DNA of 63,009 bases from Rhynchobatus australiae (Eukaryota). The notes beneath the pieces were generated by a model that worked only from the letters and a program-made list of their open reading frames with translations, was not told where the DNA came from and did not search any database. Position numbers and translations under genes: made by a program. Shown here in pieces: positions 1 to 13,427 of the stretch (position 1 is the stretch's first letter; the number at the start of each line of letters is the position of its first letter). The stretch is taken from positions 34,990,119 through 35,053,127 of the forward strand of contig JAUZTB010000042.1 of assembly GCA_034780895.1 (NCBI GenBank). Reading direction: 5' to 3'.

Positions 1-1989
1 TCTGTACTAAGAAGGAAAAAGTAATCAATTGGGATTATCACTTTTGGCTTTCACTTGCTGGAAAGCTCATCTGCTTTTACGTACGTTGAGGATGGCCTCA
101 GCTGTAATGCCTTTCTGGATTGAATAATTCACGGTACATGCTCACATGAAAGTGATTTATTACAAGATGACCAGTACCCATTGAATGGCAGGAGGAACCG
201 TTTTCAGCATATCACTCTTACAAAATCAGCAATTTATATTTGATGTATAACTGCTGAGTAAGATGCAATGTTTTCACTTTGCCAGCTGTTTACCTCCACA
301 ACAACAATGTTTGAACCAATTTTGTTTCAGCACGATGATCATAGTATAAATTCAAGTATTATTCTTTACAATTTATTTTTAATACTTGTTGAATCTTTTT
401 CTCTTTGTTAATTTTTTTTGGATTATGCAGTGTGAAGGAGTTTAAAATAAATCTTTGCAGAAATAGGGTTGGTTGGATTATTGAAAGCTGGATTAAAGAT
501 TTATGTATTGCTTTTGCAAATCAAGTAATCTCAATACACTGAGGTTGAGCCTAAATTGAGATGACAGTTAAACCCTCTTACTGCAATTTTAAAATATTAC
601 CAAATCTAGGCTACGGCATTAAGGAATTGTTTCTAAAAACTATGAAGGATCAGAACAAACTGACATAAATGTAAAACAGTTTAAGTAATAATGATCTATT
701 ACTTGAATTGTAAAGATCTTAATAAATATAAATTCATATGTTTTATTACATGTAGCATGTTCCTGACATTATAATGTACAGGAGCCAAATACTATCTACA
801 GTAGCCATTGAGTAGGATTCCACTTGGTTTATTAAGATAAATTAAAGTTAGCTAGGCCCAGCAAAATTGCTTTGTTGAGAAGTTATTACACAATGTGTGT
901 TATGGGATAAATTGATTTTTTAATGTGTAATTTTTTTGGCTCTTTATGAGGNNNNNNNNNNNNNNNNNNNNNNNNNNNNNNNNNNNNNNNNNNNNNNNNN
1001 NNNNNNNNNNNNNNNNNNNNNNNNNNNNNNNNNNNNNNNNNNNNNNNNNNNGGCAATAACCCTTTTCTGTGAACTGCCTTTTCATTAGGCTGAGACCAGT
1101 ATTCCTTGCACCAAGTAAAGACTTAACCTGCGACATCTGGTCTGTTAAATGTGGTGGTACAAACTGGCATCCCTTAAATCCAATGCTGGTAATTAGCACA
1201 AATGCAGTTATAACATATATTCTGAGTGTTTGCATCACGGCCTGGTATAGTTAATGTACAACATGTATTTTAGTTTGTATTTGTAAAAACTTTTAAAATA
1301 TATCTTAAAATGGCTACTGTCAGTCTTGTGATAATTCACTGTCACGTGAGTTTGCAAAATGAGATATTCAACCAGGATGGCATTACAGTTGGGGCTGATC
1401 CTATTCCCAGCAGCTGTACCAGCAGATGAGGAGCTTTCCAGCAAGTAGGGGGCCAGAAGTGATAATATTAGCAAAGAGTTTCACAAATACAAGAATAAAG
1501 AGCAAACATTTTGGGAGGAGGGGGGCATTATTGAACAGGCAAATTCTGAAGGGTGTTTTAAAGATGAGGGTGGGAGGGGGAATTGTGGTAATGGCTCAGG
1601 AGAAAGTGGGGCTTCAGGAACAAGTCTGAGTCCTTGTCTGTCAAGCTTCTGGCTGCAGAGCTGAGAAGGTGGGCACAGTAGGCAGGGCCATAATCTGGAA
1701 CATAAATTTGCCTTTGGAGAGGCACATGCGCAAGTACTTAAGGTTATGTGGCAAATGTTCACGAGCATCCATAATCACATATCTCTTTCCGGACTTTTTA
1801 TTTGGGCTGCTGCCCTGTTTGTCCAACCTTGCAACACCCATGTTTCTTTTGCATGCAAGTGACAAGGCAGCTCAGATTACACTAAAGCCTGCTTTTTACA
1901 GATTGTATTCCAGCTTTGAAAAAATAATGCTAATGTATGTCAGTTTTTAGACTTTTGTAAAAGTTTCCATATAATTTGCAATGTTGCAG

Positions 1990-2268
1990 AGCCTGACAAA
2001 ATACAACATATCCGATGTCGACCCCAGAGCTCCACTGCAGTCTCCTGTTCCTGGACACACCCTGACTCAGACTACAATGGCTATGATGTTGAATGCTACC
2101 ACTATGACAAGAAGGAATTGGTATACTCGAGAAGAATCGAAAAGGGATTAGTTCAATACATCATTAAGGATCTAGAGCCAGACAAAAAATATCTAGTGGC
2201 TATAAAGGTCATCTCAGATAAAATGACCAGTGATGCTGTTGAGGACAGTGTTATTACCATGATTGACA
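1990..2268 (+). CDS. PTPRB: PTPRB/VE-PTP internal exon, fibronectin type III repeat
   Basis: ttgcag|AG CCT GAC AAA...ATT GAC A|gtaagt; 279 nt, phase 1-1. Translates PDKIQHIRCRPQSSTAVSCSWTHPDSDYNGYDVEC...VEDSVITMID, matching human PTPRB KPDKIQNLHCRPQNSTAIACSW...VEDSTITMID. Confidence 0.95.
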
Positions 2269-3288
2269 GTAAGTATTCACAGTCAAATTTTTAAAGACTT
2301 TTGTAAAAGTTATTGTCTGAAATTTTCTAAATTGGAAGCCAGTTTAATGACATAGTAGATTAGAAGCACCCTGTTAGAACAAAGTGGGTGAAATTTATCC
2401 TGGTCACCAATACTAAACAGGCATAACAGTATTAGTTGAAATAATAGTCGCTCCCTGGAATTTAGATCCACTGAACCAATTGTTGGAGAGCAAAGTTAAT
2501 TTAATCTTTTGTAGCAACAGAACAGAATTTCCATAACCATTCATTTCATCTTTCACAGAATCCACATGTGACAGCAGGATGACCTGAAATGTACGCAGCA
2601 AAGGCTAATTAGTGAACAGAAGAAACTNNNNNNNNNNCAATTTCTTTGCTGTTCTTGTCTGGAACTTTGGTAGTTCCCAGTATCAGAATCCCGCGAGACC
2701 TGCCCCAAGTATAAGCAGCTTTGGCTCCCAAACCTTTCATTGTCTGCTCTGTTTGTGTTACGGGGTCCCATGCTTCACTTTATTGCTTCGTTCCCTTCAA
2801 CAAAATAATTGCAGTCCTGAAAATTAATTGCCTCCTCCAGGCACTTTGCTGTTTTGCTTTTCTCAACACTAGGTTTGCCAACCANNNNNNNNNNNNNNNN
2901 NNNNNNNNNNNNNNNNNNNNNNNNNNNNNNNNNTCATTACAGTTGACCTGGTACATTGTAGTTATTGTGGTACCTAACAGTGTAATTGAGTTTTGTTAAA
3001 AACGAAACACACATACACGTTATGCCTTTCCTCAGGGACACATCTCAATTGATTCCAATTTAAACTATAAACAACAATCTATTCACTATTTCTTGTGGGA
3101 GGTTAAACAGAGGTGCTTTTTAATCTTAATCTTTTCTTTGTCGTATCTCACTCCAAGGTATTTAATCTCTGTAATAATGTTATCAGAAAATCATAACAAA
3201 TTAGTTTGGTGTAAGACATCATTAGTTTTACACCTTATGTAGATAAAGCTCACAACAAAAAAGTTAACCATGTATATTTTCCCCTCAG

Positions 3289-3438
3289 GCCCCCCTCCTC
3301 CACCGTCTCACATCAGAGTTGATAATAAAGCGGTCGTCATTACCAAATCCACCATACATTTCAATTTTAATTGTAGTTGGTTTAGCGATGTGAATGGAGC
3401 CATCAAGTACTTCACTGTGATAGTGTATGAATCAGAAA
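3289..3438 (+). CDS. PTPRB: PTPRB exon, membrane-proximal FN3-like domain, part 1
   Basis: cctcag|GC CCC CCT...TCA GAA A|gtaagt; 150 nt. PPPPPSHIRVDNKAVVITKSTIHFNFNCSWFSDVNGAIKYFTVIVYESE. Confidence 0.95.
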
Positions 3439-3849
3439 GTAAGTATTATTTGTTATGACTTACACAGGTAACTAATACTGGTGAACATAATTCGAGAAAA
3501 AGAAGGTGTCTAGATTGGCACCCTGGTCCACCAGTCAGAGCTCCTGGACGAAATCACAAACCCACGTTTCAAGATTTTAGATCCAGAGACCAACATTTTT
3601 GTGGTTTGGGGCAGGAAGGATGGAGCAGCAGACCTTTCCCTGACTGTTCACGTTGTACTTGCATGCTTTCTGTCCAGTGAGGCTGAATGAAAATTAAAGA
3701 TTTACTTCTTAACACAGAGTAACCGTGGTATAGAGGGTCAAAGCAAACAAGGCTATGAAACCTCAAACTGTATTTTAATGCGAAATTCTGCAATACTTCA
3801 TGTATTTTAACAAAGGATTATTTTGAATTTTTATTGACTTGAATTAGCT

Positions 3850-4215
3850 ATCGGGTGGCACAATGGCTCAGCAATTAGAACTGCTGCCTCATAGCTCCAG
3901 TGAAGATTCAGTCCTGTCCTCCATTGCCGTCTATGTGGAGTTTGCATGTTGTCCCTGTGACCATTAAGGTTTCCTCTGGGTGCTCTTTTTTTTTCCCCCT
4001 CCTGAATCCCAAAAGTGTGTGGGTTGGCAGGTGAATTGGCCATTATAAATGACCAAGTGTGTTTGTGAGTAGTAGAATCCGGTGGGAGTTGATGGGAATG
4101 TGGGGAGAATAAAATGAGATTAGTGAAGTATTACAGTAACTAGGTGCTAGATGGCACACACCCAATGGGTTGAAGGGCCTGTCTTGGTGCTCTATGATGC
4201 TTTCGGTGCTATGAC
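3850..4215 (+). mobile_element. tRNA-derived V-SINE (HE1-like) with CR1-type tail
   Basis: tRNA-like head (ggcacaatggctcagcaattag), V-domain tggagtttgcatgtt...ggtttcctctgggtgctc, tail gaagggcctgtcttggtgctctatga. Confidence 0.75.
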
Positions 4216-4859
4216 TCCTCATATATCCAACTGCAAAACGTTCACATCCATTTATTCATGTAACATGATTGGACACCATCCCCACACAACAACTTCCTCA
4301 CCAAATTATGATTGGTAAGAGATAAGAGAACTACCCGATTGTCTTGAAATTCCATTATTGCACTACTCACCTTCTTCCACTGTGGCTGGCAACTCTATTC
4401 CAACTCTGTTTTCTGTCCTGAAGCCAGCCAGCAACTATTCCACTAATTGGCCCCTGAATGAATTCTCTGACCTTATTCACTAGTTTATAACAGGGTACCT
4501 CATCTATTGCTATTGTCTGCTCTTTCTATTACATCCTCAAACAATTTAATGTGGTTGGCCAAGCAAGATGCCCTTTTGAAATCCATGCGGATGTTTCATT
4601 ATTACACTTCATCTCTGGATGTGCTTTGGGAGGAATCCCATTATTCAGTAGACATGTTCCATCCTCCTTAAACAGAGGTATTACATCTGCTGGTCCCCTG
4701 GCATTGCATCATTTTAAAATGAGTCATTCAATATCTGCAGTAATGCCTTGCTATTTTTATTCAAGATTATTTTAAAATGGATGGATGCAATCCTGCCAGA
4801 CCTAGGGTTTTATGCCCTTTGTGTTTGAATAAGATATCTTACGTTTAATATTCTCTTTT

Positions 4860-5327
4860 TTCCTTTTTAAATGCTCTGGGCCAGGAGATCCCAAAAGATG
4901 GCAGAGATATTACATTTTGGTGAGCAGATCTTAAGAAAATGCATCAGCTCACAGTTGTCTAGATTAAACTCCATCGGCCATTCTGCTGCCCACTTCACCA
5001 AAACATCAATATTATTGACATCAAAAGAATTACAGGTTTTACAGGGACTTCTGTTGCCAGAGGGCAGTGCTGTGCAGCAGGGGCAGTTTGGTGAAGGGCT
5101 TTTGTCTCACGAACGTTCAGTGTAAGGTTCATTCTCTCATACACTTTGGTGAACAAGTTGCTGATGGCCTGGAGCTCAGCCTTTGAGTGTGCACAGATAT
5201 GTAAGTTACATCTGCATAATAGTGGCTTGATAACTGAGGCTGGACTGGTCTTGGCTCTCAAGTGAAGGTAATGGTTTAATCCTTTAGATTGGCACCACTG
5301 CAGTCGGAGGCATGTTGGAGATGAGGA
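4860..5327 (-). mobile_element. RTE-clade LINE reverse transcriptase fragment
   Basis: Degenerate LRAKT...AHSKAELQAISNLFTKVYERMNLTLNVRETKALHQ, typical of the RTE RT region around and after YADD. Confidence 0.65.
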
Positions 5328-5519
5328 NNNNNNNNNNNNNNNNNNNNNNNNNNNNNNNNNNNNNNNNNNNNNNNNNNNNNNNNNNNNNNNNNNNNNNNNN
5401 NNNNNNNNNNNNNNNNNNNNNNNNNNNTTAAATGTACTTATTTCACTAATCATCTCATGATCCAATGTCAGGTGTACCTATTCCAGTAAATCTCAAAGCA
5501 AAGTAAGGCCTAGATAAGT

Positions 5520-5950
5520 ACGGCTTCAACAATTCTCAAGAAGCTCAACATCTTCTAGAACTGTATTGGCATCCATCAATTACTCTAAACATTTAGTGTT
5601 TCCACCACCGTGGTTGCAGTGTCTACAACCAACAGAAAGCTTTGCAGTTACTCAACTAGGCTCATCAACAGCACCTCACCAAACCCACGATCCTTACCTC
5701 CAGGAAGCACAAGGACTGCCGGCACACGGGAGCACCACCACCTGAAGGTTCCCCTCCAAACTGCACACCATCCTGACTTGGAAATGTGTTCCTTCATCAT
5801 GAGTGGGTCCAAATCCTCCCTATGCACAGCACTGTAGGAGCATCTTCAGTGGTCCAAGAAAGCAACTCATCACCACCTTCTTGAGGACAATAAGGCTAGG
5901 CCATAAAGTCTGGCCTAGCCATTGATGCCCATATCCCGAAAACTCAATGA
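5520..5950 (+). mobile_element. LINE 3' end (CR1/L2 group)
   Basis: Tail ...ctggcctagccattgatgcccatatccc is shared with SINE-like copies at ~12740-13070 and ~39830-40165. Confidence 0.45.
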
Positions 5951-6064
5951 AAGGAATAACAGTTCTGCCACTTCCCTGTCACTAGCTGTGGTATTCTTAA
6001 TTTCTCCTTTAATGGCCTTACACACATTCTAAGTGGTTTTTTTTATTTTTATTTTTGATTTTAT

Positions 6065-6245
6065 TTACAGCGTGGTGACAGGCCCTTCCGGCCCAACGTG
6101 TCCACGCCGCTCATTTTTTAACCCCCAAATTAACCTACCCGTATGTCTTTAGAATGTGGAAGGAAACTGGAGCACCCAGAGGAAACCCAAGCAGACACGG
6201 GAGAACATACAAACTCCTTACAGACAGCGACGGGAATCGAACCCT
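6065..6245 (-). mobile_element. V-SINE fragment
   Basis: Reverse V-domain ggaaactggagcacccagaggaaaccca...caaactccttacagacagcg, plus B-box gggaatcgaaccc. Confidence 0.75.
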
Positions 6246-6735
6246 GATTTTTATTGATGGCTGGCTTTTAATTGATGATTCCACAAAATACTTTTCTGTT
6301 TTTGTATAATTTAATTTTGTAGTTCTTCTTCATATTCTTAATTTTTTTTTAACTTCTCTCCTAATCTCTTTGTATTCTCTCTTGTGCGCCGATGTTGCCT
6401 ATACATAATGCAACTTTCCCTTACTCTCAATTGTTCCTTTCTAATCTTTATCCATATACGGATGCTCATGAGTGTTTAGTTTGTTCTTTCCTTTGTGGAA
6501 TATACATTTCCTTCACTCTGTAGATCACCATTTTAAGTTGTTATTCTACATTGTTGCCTGTATACAAAATTCAAATCTGCCCACAGTAAATGAGGTCAGA
6601 CATGCAAGCCACATTTGGATCCACAAAAGATATTACTGCTTCATACTGTGTTTTCATCGGGGACATATTCATAATGGTGTAATTGCTTTGTACAAGAGTG
6701 AGCAATATATTTTATTTCAATATTTCTGTTTTAAG

Positions 6736-6979
6736 GTACAGAAAATTCAAAGCCAGAGAAACACCATCCCTTGCCATCTTATCTGGAATACAAACAGAAC
6801 AATTCAGTCAGAAACTACCAGACAAATTACTTTTCAAGCAAATGTGCAGAAAATCCTGATGGCACATTCCAAAACTTTGAAATAAAAGTTGGAGCTCAAA
6901 TGGACAGACTGGGAGGGAAATGTGAGAAGGATCAGAAGACATTTTGTGATGGCCCTTTAAAATCCAGAACATCATACAG
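6736..6979 (+). CDS. PTPRB: PTPRB exon, membrane-proximal domain, part 2
   Basis: ttttaag|GT ACA GAA...TAC AG|gtgagg; 244 nt. HPLPSYLEYKQNNSVRNYQTNYFSSKCAENP...FCDGPLKSRTSYR. Confidence 0.95.
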
Positions 6980-7080
6980 GTGAGGTGCCTTCAAAGAAGA
7001 ACGCTCTATAAATTCTCACATAGTTTCATTGTTTTGAATTTTGCAACCATGCAAAACTAACATGTGGATTACTCTTTTAG

Positions 7081-7178
7081 AATCAGTGTGCGTGCCTTCA
7101 CTCAGCTGTTTGATGAAGATATGGGCAGTCCTTTATTTTCAGACACCTATTTCTCTTTGCCCATAACCACTGAGTCAG
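7081..7178 (+). CDS. PTPRB: PTPRB exon, extracellular juxtamembrane
   Basis: ttttag|A ATC AGT...GAG TCA G|gtaggt; 98 nt. ISVRAFTQLFDEDMGSPLFSDTYFSLPITTES. Confidence 0.95.
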
Positions 7179-7344
7179 GTAGGTGCTTGCTTGGACAAAC
7201 CAATGTGAATATCGTAGTGGGGAAAACATTAAACCTTGTCCTTGTATTATTTCAGCAGATCCTCGATAGATATTACACACATATTAAATAGATTCTAAGC
7301 TGAATGTTTCAACATGATGGCACAATTTTGTGTTCCATTTTTAG

Positions 7345-7450
7345 AGCCTCTCTTTGGTGTCGTAGAAGGAGCAAGTGCTGGTGTGTTCCTGATTGTTGTA
7401 CTCATTTCAGTCATGGCTGTAATAGTTTGTAGAAGAAAATTGAAGCCACT
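7345..7450 (+). CDS. PTPRB: PTPRB exon, transmembrane helix
   Basis: ttttag|AG CCT CTC...CCA CT|gtgagt; 106 nt. EPLFGVVEGASAGVFLIVVLISVMAVIVCRRKLKP: hydrophobic span followed by basic stop-transfer residues. Confidence 0.95.
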
Positions 7451-7574
7451 GTGAGTATTTTGGCATTTCTACTGAAAATTTATTATTTCAGGTTGATACA
7501 TTTCAGACTCAAGCTTTTACCATCCAAATACCATTAAAATCCTTTCATACTTGTACCATTTCAGACTAGATGAT

Positions 7575-9120
7575 AACTAACACTGTGACTTTATTTAAGA
7601 AGGGCAGCAAGGATAAGCTGGTGAGCCTTGCATCAGTGGTGGGAAAGTTGTTGGAACGAATTCTGAGAGACGGGATTTATTTGCATTTGGAAAGGCAAGG
7701 TCTGATTAAGGATAGATAGCATGGCTTTGTGCATGGGGAATCATGTCTCACAAGTTTTGTTTGAAGAGGGGAGTGCGAGAATTGGCGAGGCCAAGGTGGT
7801 GAACGTTGCCTTCATGGACCTTAGCACTGCCTTTGACAAGGTCCACATGGTAGGCTACTACAGAAAATTAGAACACGTGGGATCCTGGATGGAATAGCCA
7901 ATTGGATACAAGGTTGGCTTGATGGTCAAAGGCAAGGGGCAGTAGTGAAGGTTTGTTTTCAAATTGGAGGCCTGTGACCAGTGATGTGCTGCAGAGATCG
8001 GTGCTGTGTCCTCTGTTGTTTGTCATCTATATTCATCATTTGGTTGAGAGCATCAGTGGCATGATAAGTATGTTTGCAGATGACNNNNNNNNNNNNNNNN
8101 NNNNNNNNNNNNNNNNNNNNNNNNNNNNNNNNNNNNNNNNNNNNNNNNNNNNNNNNNNNNNNNNNNNNNNNNNNNNNNNNNNNNAGCATCAGTGGCATGA
8201 TAAGTATGTTTGCAGATGACATCAAATTTTGTGGTACAGTGGACAGTGAAGAAGGTTGTCTAAGGTAACAATAGGGTACAGAACAAGTGGGGAAAGTGGG
8301 CAAGGGAGTGGCTGATGAAATTTAACTCTGACAAGTGCGAAGTGATGCATTTTGGTTAGTTAAATCAGGTCAGGACATACATCGTGAATGACAGAACGGT
8401 GGGGAGTGTTGTAGAACAGCCAGACTTGTGTTGCATGTATGTAGCTCCCTGAAAATGGGAAAACCAGTTGCTAGGGTGGTGAGGAAGTTGTATGCCATGT
8501 TTGCCTTCATCAGCTGAGACATTGAGTATAAGAGTTTTGAATCACATTACAGTTGCATAAAATGTTAGTTGACCACACTTGGAGTATTGTGTGCAGGTCC
8601 GGTCACCACACTATAGGATGAAAATGATTAAGCTAGAAAGGGTGCAGAAAAGATTCACGAGAATGTTGCCTAGATTGGAGGGCTTAAGTTATTGAGAGAG
8701 ATTGGATAGATTTAGTCTGTCTTATCCAAAGTGAAGGAGGCTGAGAGGTGACATGATAGAGGTACATAAAATTATGAGAGGCATAGATAGGGTGGATAGC
8801 CAATGTCTGTTTCCCGTGGTATGGATGTCCTAAACGAGGGCGTAGGCTTAAGGAGAGAGGGAGGAAGCTTAAAGGGCATCTGATGGGTAAATCTTTCTCA
8901 CAAAGAGTAGTTGGTATCTGGAATGAGCTGCCAGAGAAGGTGGCAGAGCTAGGAACAGTGACGACATTTAAGCAACATCTGGACATGTACTTGAATGTGC
9001 AGGGCATAGACGAATATGGAATTAATGCAGGCAAGTGGGTTTAGTATAGGTGGGCACGGTGATCGGCGTAGACATGGTTGGCCTGTTTCTATGCTGTACA
9101 ACACTATGATTCTATGGTTT
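7575..9120 (+). mobile_element. 5'-truncated CR1 LINE (RT and 3' UTR)
   Basis: Decayed QHGFV...AFDKV...WRPVTSDVLQRSVLCPLLFVIYI...ISMFADDIKFCGTVDSEEG..., ending ggcctgtttctatgctgtacaacactatgattctatg. Confidence 0.9.
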
Positions 9121-9243
9121 TCTGCAGAATCTGGTACAAAGCTGGGGTTAGTCTGTCAAAGTAGTTTAGGCTTGTTAGGCAATGGCTACTTTGTCTGCTC
9201 CTAAACAAAAATGTGTTCACCTGCAATCTCTTTACAATTCCAG

Positions 9244-9318
9244 CAATACTGAGGCTAGAACACCATCAAAGCCGAAAGACAGGCCATCCTCTGTAAATGT
9301 CCCTCTTGTACAGGGAAG
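9244..9318 (+). CDS. PTPRB: PTPRB exon, cytoplasmic juxtamembrane
   Basis: ttccag|C AAT ACT...GGA AG|gtaaga; 75 nt, phase 2-2. NTEARTPSKPKDRPSSVNVPLVQG, compared with human DRPLSVHLNLGQKG. Confidence 0.85.
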
Positions 9319-9432
9319 GTAAGAACTGCTTCTGCATCTGCGTCTTGAGTTTTCTTGCTGCTAAGCAAAGACCATGTGAAATGAAAACCTCTCACTGGTC
9401 CTCTTTTTTTTCTTCTTCTTTCCCTTTTTCAG

Positions 9433-9450
9433 GAAGCCTCCAATCTCCAG
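9433..9450 (+). CDS. PTPRB: PTPRB 18-nt micro-exon
   Basis: Long pyrimidine tract + cag|GAAGCCTCCAATCTCCAG|gtttgt; phase 2-2. Encodes (R)KPPIS(R), filling the position of human GNRKTSC. Confidence 0.75.
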
Positions 9451-9555
9451 GTTTGTTTCACCACTATTTAACATTGACATCTGGAACACTGCACATTTAA
9501 TGAAAGTGTGATTAATTTTGTTTCTTACAAATCAACTCTATCAAATTCATTCCAG

Positions 9556-9637
9556 AGAAATTAAGGCCAACCAGTNNNNNNNNNNNNNTACCAAACTACA
9601 GGCAGATTCCAGTTATCTCCTGTCTGAGGAATACGAG
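9556..9637 (+). CDS. PTPRB: PTPRB exon, start of PTP domain (13 N inside, frame preserved)
   Basis: ttccag|A GAA ATT AAG GCC AAC CAG...TAC GAG|gtaaga; 82 nt. EIKANQxxxxxTKLQADSSYLLSEEYE. Confidence 0.9.
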
Positions 9638-9775
9638 GTAAGAGTCTAGCCTTAATCTATTTATGAGTTATATTTAGTACATTCAGTTGGCTTTGTGTGA
9701 TGAGAGGGAACCTCAGTGTATATATATAAAAATTATCCTTGACCTTGTTATACTGAGTTATTGCTTTCTCTTTGA

Positions 9776-9943
<168 letters not shown>

Positions 9944-10429
9944 TAATTTTTCCACTAGACTGCTGATGCTGTTGCGTGTTCTCTGACAAACTCTAATATA
10001 CGCGATTAACCACTTGATGGCTGAAATTTATTTTGTGCTGAGTAGGCTATGAGGGAAAATTTGACTTTGAGTGAGTGATGGCGTAGAACACCAAGAGCAG
10101 TTATCATCAGGAGTTATGAGGAGTGGGTGGTTGAATCATTATCAATATCTGAGCAGGCCTTGTGGGCAATTTCCTGTTAAGTAGTTGATTTATTCCAAAG
10201 TCTGTTTCTTGTTTTTTTTATATATAAAAATCTCCAGCAGTTGATTTATTACATAGAGCTACACAGAAGATGCACCACAGAAGCAGGCAACACTGTCCAA
10301 CTGGCCCATGTGTTTATGGAGGACTTGTGCTTCCTTCCTCATCTAATACTTTCAATTTAACCTTCTATTCCCTCATTGCTTACCTCGTCTCCCCTTAGGA
10401 TTTATCACGGATTTTAGTTCCATCATAAA

Positions 10430-10580
10430 TGAAAATCAAAAAACTGCCGATGCAGAAATCGGAAAAAGAAACAGAAAAAGCTGGAAATACTCAGCAGGAC
10501 TTCAACCTGAAGCATTATCGGTTTTTCTTACCACAGATGTTGCCTGACTTGCTAAGTATTTTCTGTTTTTATTTCTTGAT
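10430..10580. mobile_element. Collapsed palindromic Penelope-derived element
   Basis: gctggaaatactcagcagg ... cagatgttgcctgacttgctaagtattttc: inverted arms with a central deletion. Confidence 0.6.
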
Positions 10581-10759
10581 TCTACAACCAGATTTCATGC
10601 TTCCTTGGCGTGGTAAAGTTGAGCAGCTGATCCCATATGAAGTTTGAAATTGGCCCGCAGTATTGCATTTCCCACACAGAAGCATGCACTAAAACAGGCC
10701 TTTGTGGTTCCTGATGGAGGTGCATAAAGAGTTTGTAGCTACAGTGTCATTGCCAGGAT

Positions 10760-10900
10760 AAAAACAAGAAATGCTGGAAACACTCAGAAGATCAGGCAGC
10801 ATCTGTTGGGAGAGAAACAGTTAATGTTTCAGGTCCAGAACTCTTGATCAGGCTCCAGCATTTTCTATTTTCATTTCAGGTTTCCAGTATCTGCATTTTT
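10760..10900. mobile_element. Palindromic Penelope-derived element with degenerate hammerhead on the minus strand
   Basis: atgctggaaacactcagaagatcaggcagcatctg...tccagcattttc. Minus strand reads CTGATCA-AGAGTTCTGGACCT-GAAACATTAACTG. Confidence 0.65.
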
Positions 10901-11719
10901 AAAAAAAATTATTCACTGACTGCTGAGATGTGCATTAGATCTTAAATTACTCTCCCAAAGACAACCCTGGAGCCAAGGGAAAATGCAGCAGACAGGGGAC
11001 TTGGTGATGTGCTGATGCACAAGTAAACCACATGTAGTGGTGTCTATTGATCAAGTCCTGTGGCATGTGTAGCCTCTCACCACTATGAATGTGGGCTGGT
11101 CAGTGGTCCAGTGAAGGGAGAACAACTGCTGCAGTTTCCATAGTCCTGATCTTTGACAATTGAAGCTGGCAGTGTGCAAGATACCATCACAGTGCATTTC
11201 ACTGCCAGTCCTGGGTAATGTGCCACTTTGTTATCTGTGAGTGATCTGCGAAGGTCATAGGTTACCCAGAAAACCTCCAAATGATGTTAGTAAGGATGGA
11301 TACCTGCACTGTGCAACTTGAAGGCATTTGCTATGTGACAGAAGCCATAGAAACATTGCATGCATAAAGGTAAATGCTACATGGAAGTGCCCAGTCAGTT
11401 TTCCAATGGATTCTATTGTTCCTGAGGCAAATCACTTGTGTTCATACAGATACAATTTCAAGGTTTAGTTTCTTTTCTTTTGGTGTCTGTACTTCTGCTT
11501 CCAAGCCAGAAAATTGGCAGTTCGAATGTTTATTTTACAATAAAAATACTTTACTTCATAGAAAATATTTCCAAAGGAAAAAAATACACACAGTTCAGCC
11601 AAACACAGGAAGATTTTGTGCAATGTTGTATCATTGATTGAGCAACTTCNNNNNNNNNNNNNNNNNNNNNNNNNNNNNNNCAGGAGGTTTGGTGGGGAAT
11701 GATATTACACAGCATCCTT

Positions 11720-11990
11720 TCTCATAGTTCCTCTGCATAGGTTGTCCCTTGCTTGAGTGTGTCTCATGTCACATCTTCCTGGACCTTGCAGTGTGTTGGT
11801 CGGCTACACTCTGTTTTGGTTGTTTCCTTCGACCAGAAGACCAGCAGGTTTTGGGCGGGTCACAGAGCCTTTTTCACCAAAGGCAGTGGTCTCCCAGGCT
11901 CATTTGTGCTTCCTGGAAACACTCGTGTCTTGACCATACATTCTAGGTTTACACTCCGGTTCAACAGTTGGGAGTGTGTCGCAGTTTAAA
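11720..11990 (-). mobile_element. Possible L1/Tx1 ORF2 C-terminal remnant
   Basis: Degenerate VKKAL*PAQNLLVF...ECSRPTHCKVQE resembles Tx1-type ORF2 ends (from memory). Confidence 0.4.
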
Positions 11991-12289
11991 GGATATAATA
12001 GACAGAGTCCTCCTCTGTTCAAGTAGATCTGTGTAAACTTAACAGAAAAATATCTTTCAGCTCATTTTTAAATTTTGTTGATATAATAATTCATAATTGT
12101 GTGATGTTTGACATAAGTGATTGTATCTGATTTGCCCCCAATGGATGTAGTCATGAAGCATTTTAACATCTTGGGCTGCTGTCTTAATTATATGTTGAAC
12201 GTCTATGTGGTTTTTAAAGTATAATCAGAATGCAGGTACCAAACAATAGATTGGTTACTTTTCACAATTCTGTTATTGTTTTCTATTAG

Positions 12290-12366
12290 ATGACTCGACG
12301 CGGGTGAAATTAACATACATTGATGATGACCCCTGTTCAGACTACATTAATGCTAGCTATATCCCA
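12290..12366 (+). CDS. PTPRB: PTPRB exon, DYINA motif
   Basis: attag|AT GAC TCG...ATC CCA|gtaagt; 77 nt. YDSTRVKLTYIDDDPCSDYINASYIP. Confidence 0.97.
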
Positions 12367-12493
12367 GTAAGTTAGACAAGTACTTTGATATATTTATTTC
12401 ATATCATTCTGTTGCTTTCTGTGTTTGAATACCTTTTAGTTTTTGCTGATGTGTTTCTGAATGCATAAAGTAACTTGCTTTATACAATTTTAG

Positions 12494-12637
<144 letters not shown>

Positions 12638-13292
12638 TAATTAAATTTTCCCTTAGGAATCATTTGTATTACTTTCCAATAATTTTTTATGGCCATAGGT
12701 CTAGTATTGTCTTGAATGTATAGTGGAACTTGAGAGGGTAAAGCAGTATAATGGTACTGCTATTCAGCTCATAATCCAGAGAATATGACCTCAGATCCTA
12801 CAGTGGAAAAAGACTCTAGAAAATTTTTTTAAATTGGCATTTGTAAGTGATTATAAAGAATATTGTAAAATTCCAGCCAGAGAAGCGTACTAGTTTTCCT
12901 TACCTAATAGAGACCAAGGCCCTAAACCAATATGAATGATCTTTAACTGCTCTCTGCAGTAGTGCAATATGTCACTCAGTTGTGTCAAACAGAAGGCAGA
13001 TGTTCAATGCAACTAGGAATGAGCAACAAATGTTGGCCTTGCCCTCAATTTCTACCTCCCAAAAAGTAATGGCTTCATAATTTTCAATGGTTGCAGTAAA
13101 CCCCAAAGAAACTATAAATGTTTTTCTTGTGTCCAGTCTCTCGGGGTTCTGTCAAAATTATAACAAAAGAACCCCACGGAACTTCAAGGAGAGATTTTGA
13201 AGCCTTATTCATAAGCCCAACTTGTAACTGCTACATGTTTTCTGTGCATGGAAAACCTGGTGACCATTTGCTTTGTGTGCTCCCATCAATAG

Positions 13293-13427
<135 letters not shown>

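Noticed and set aside
8050-8220. Direct repeat agcatcagtggcatgataagtatgtttgcagatgac
   Set aside because: It flanks a 100-N placeholder, so it is a contig overlap rather than a real duplication.
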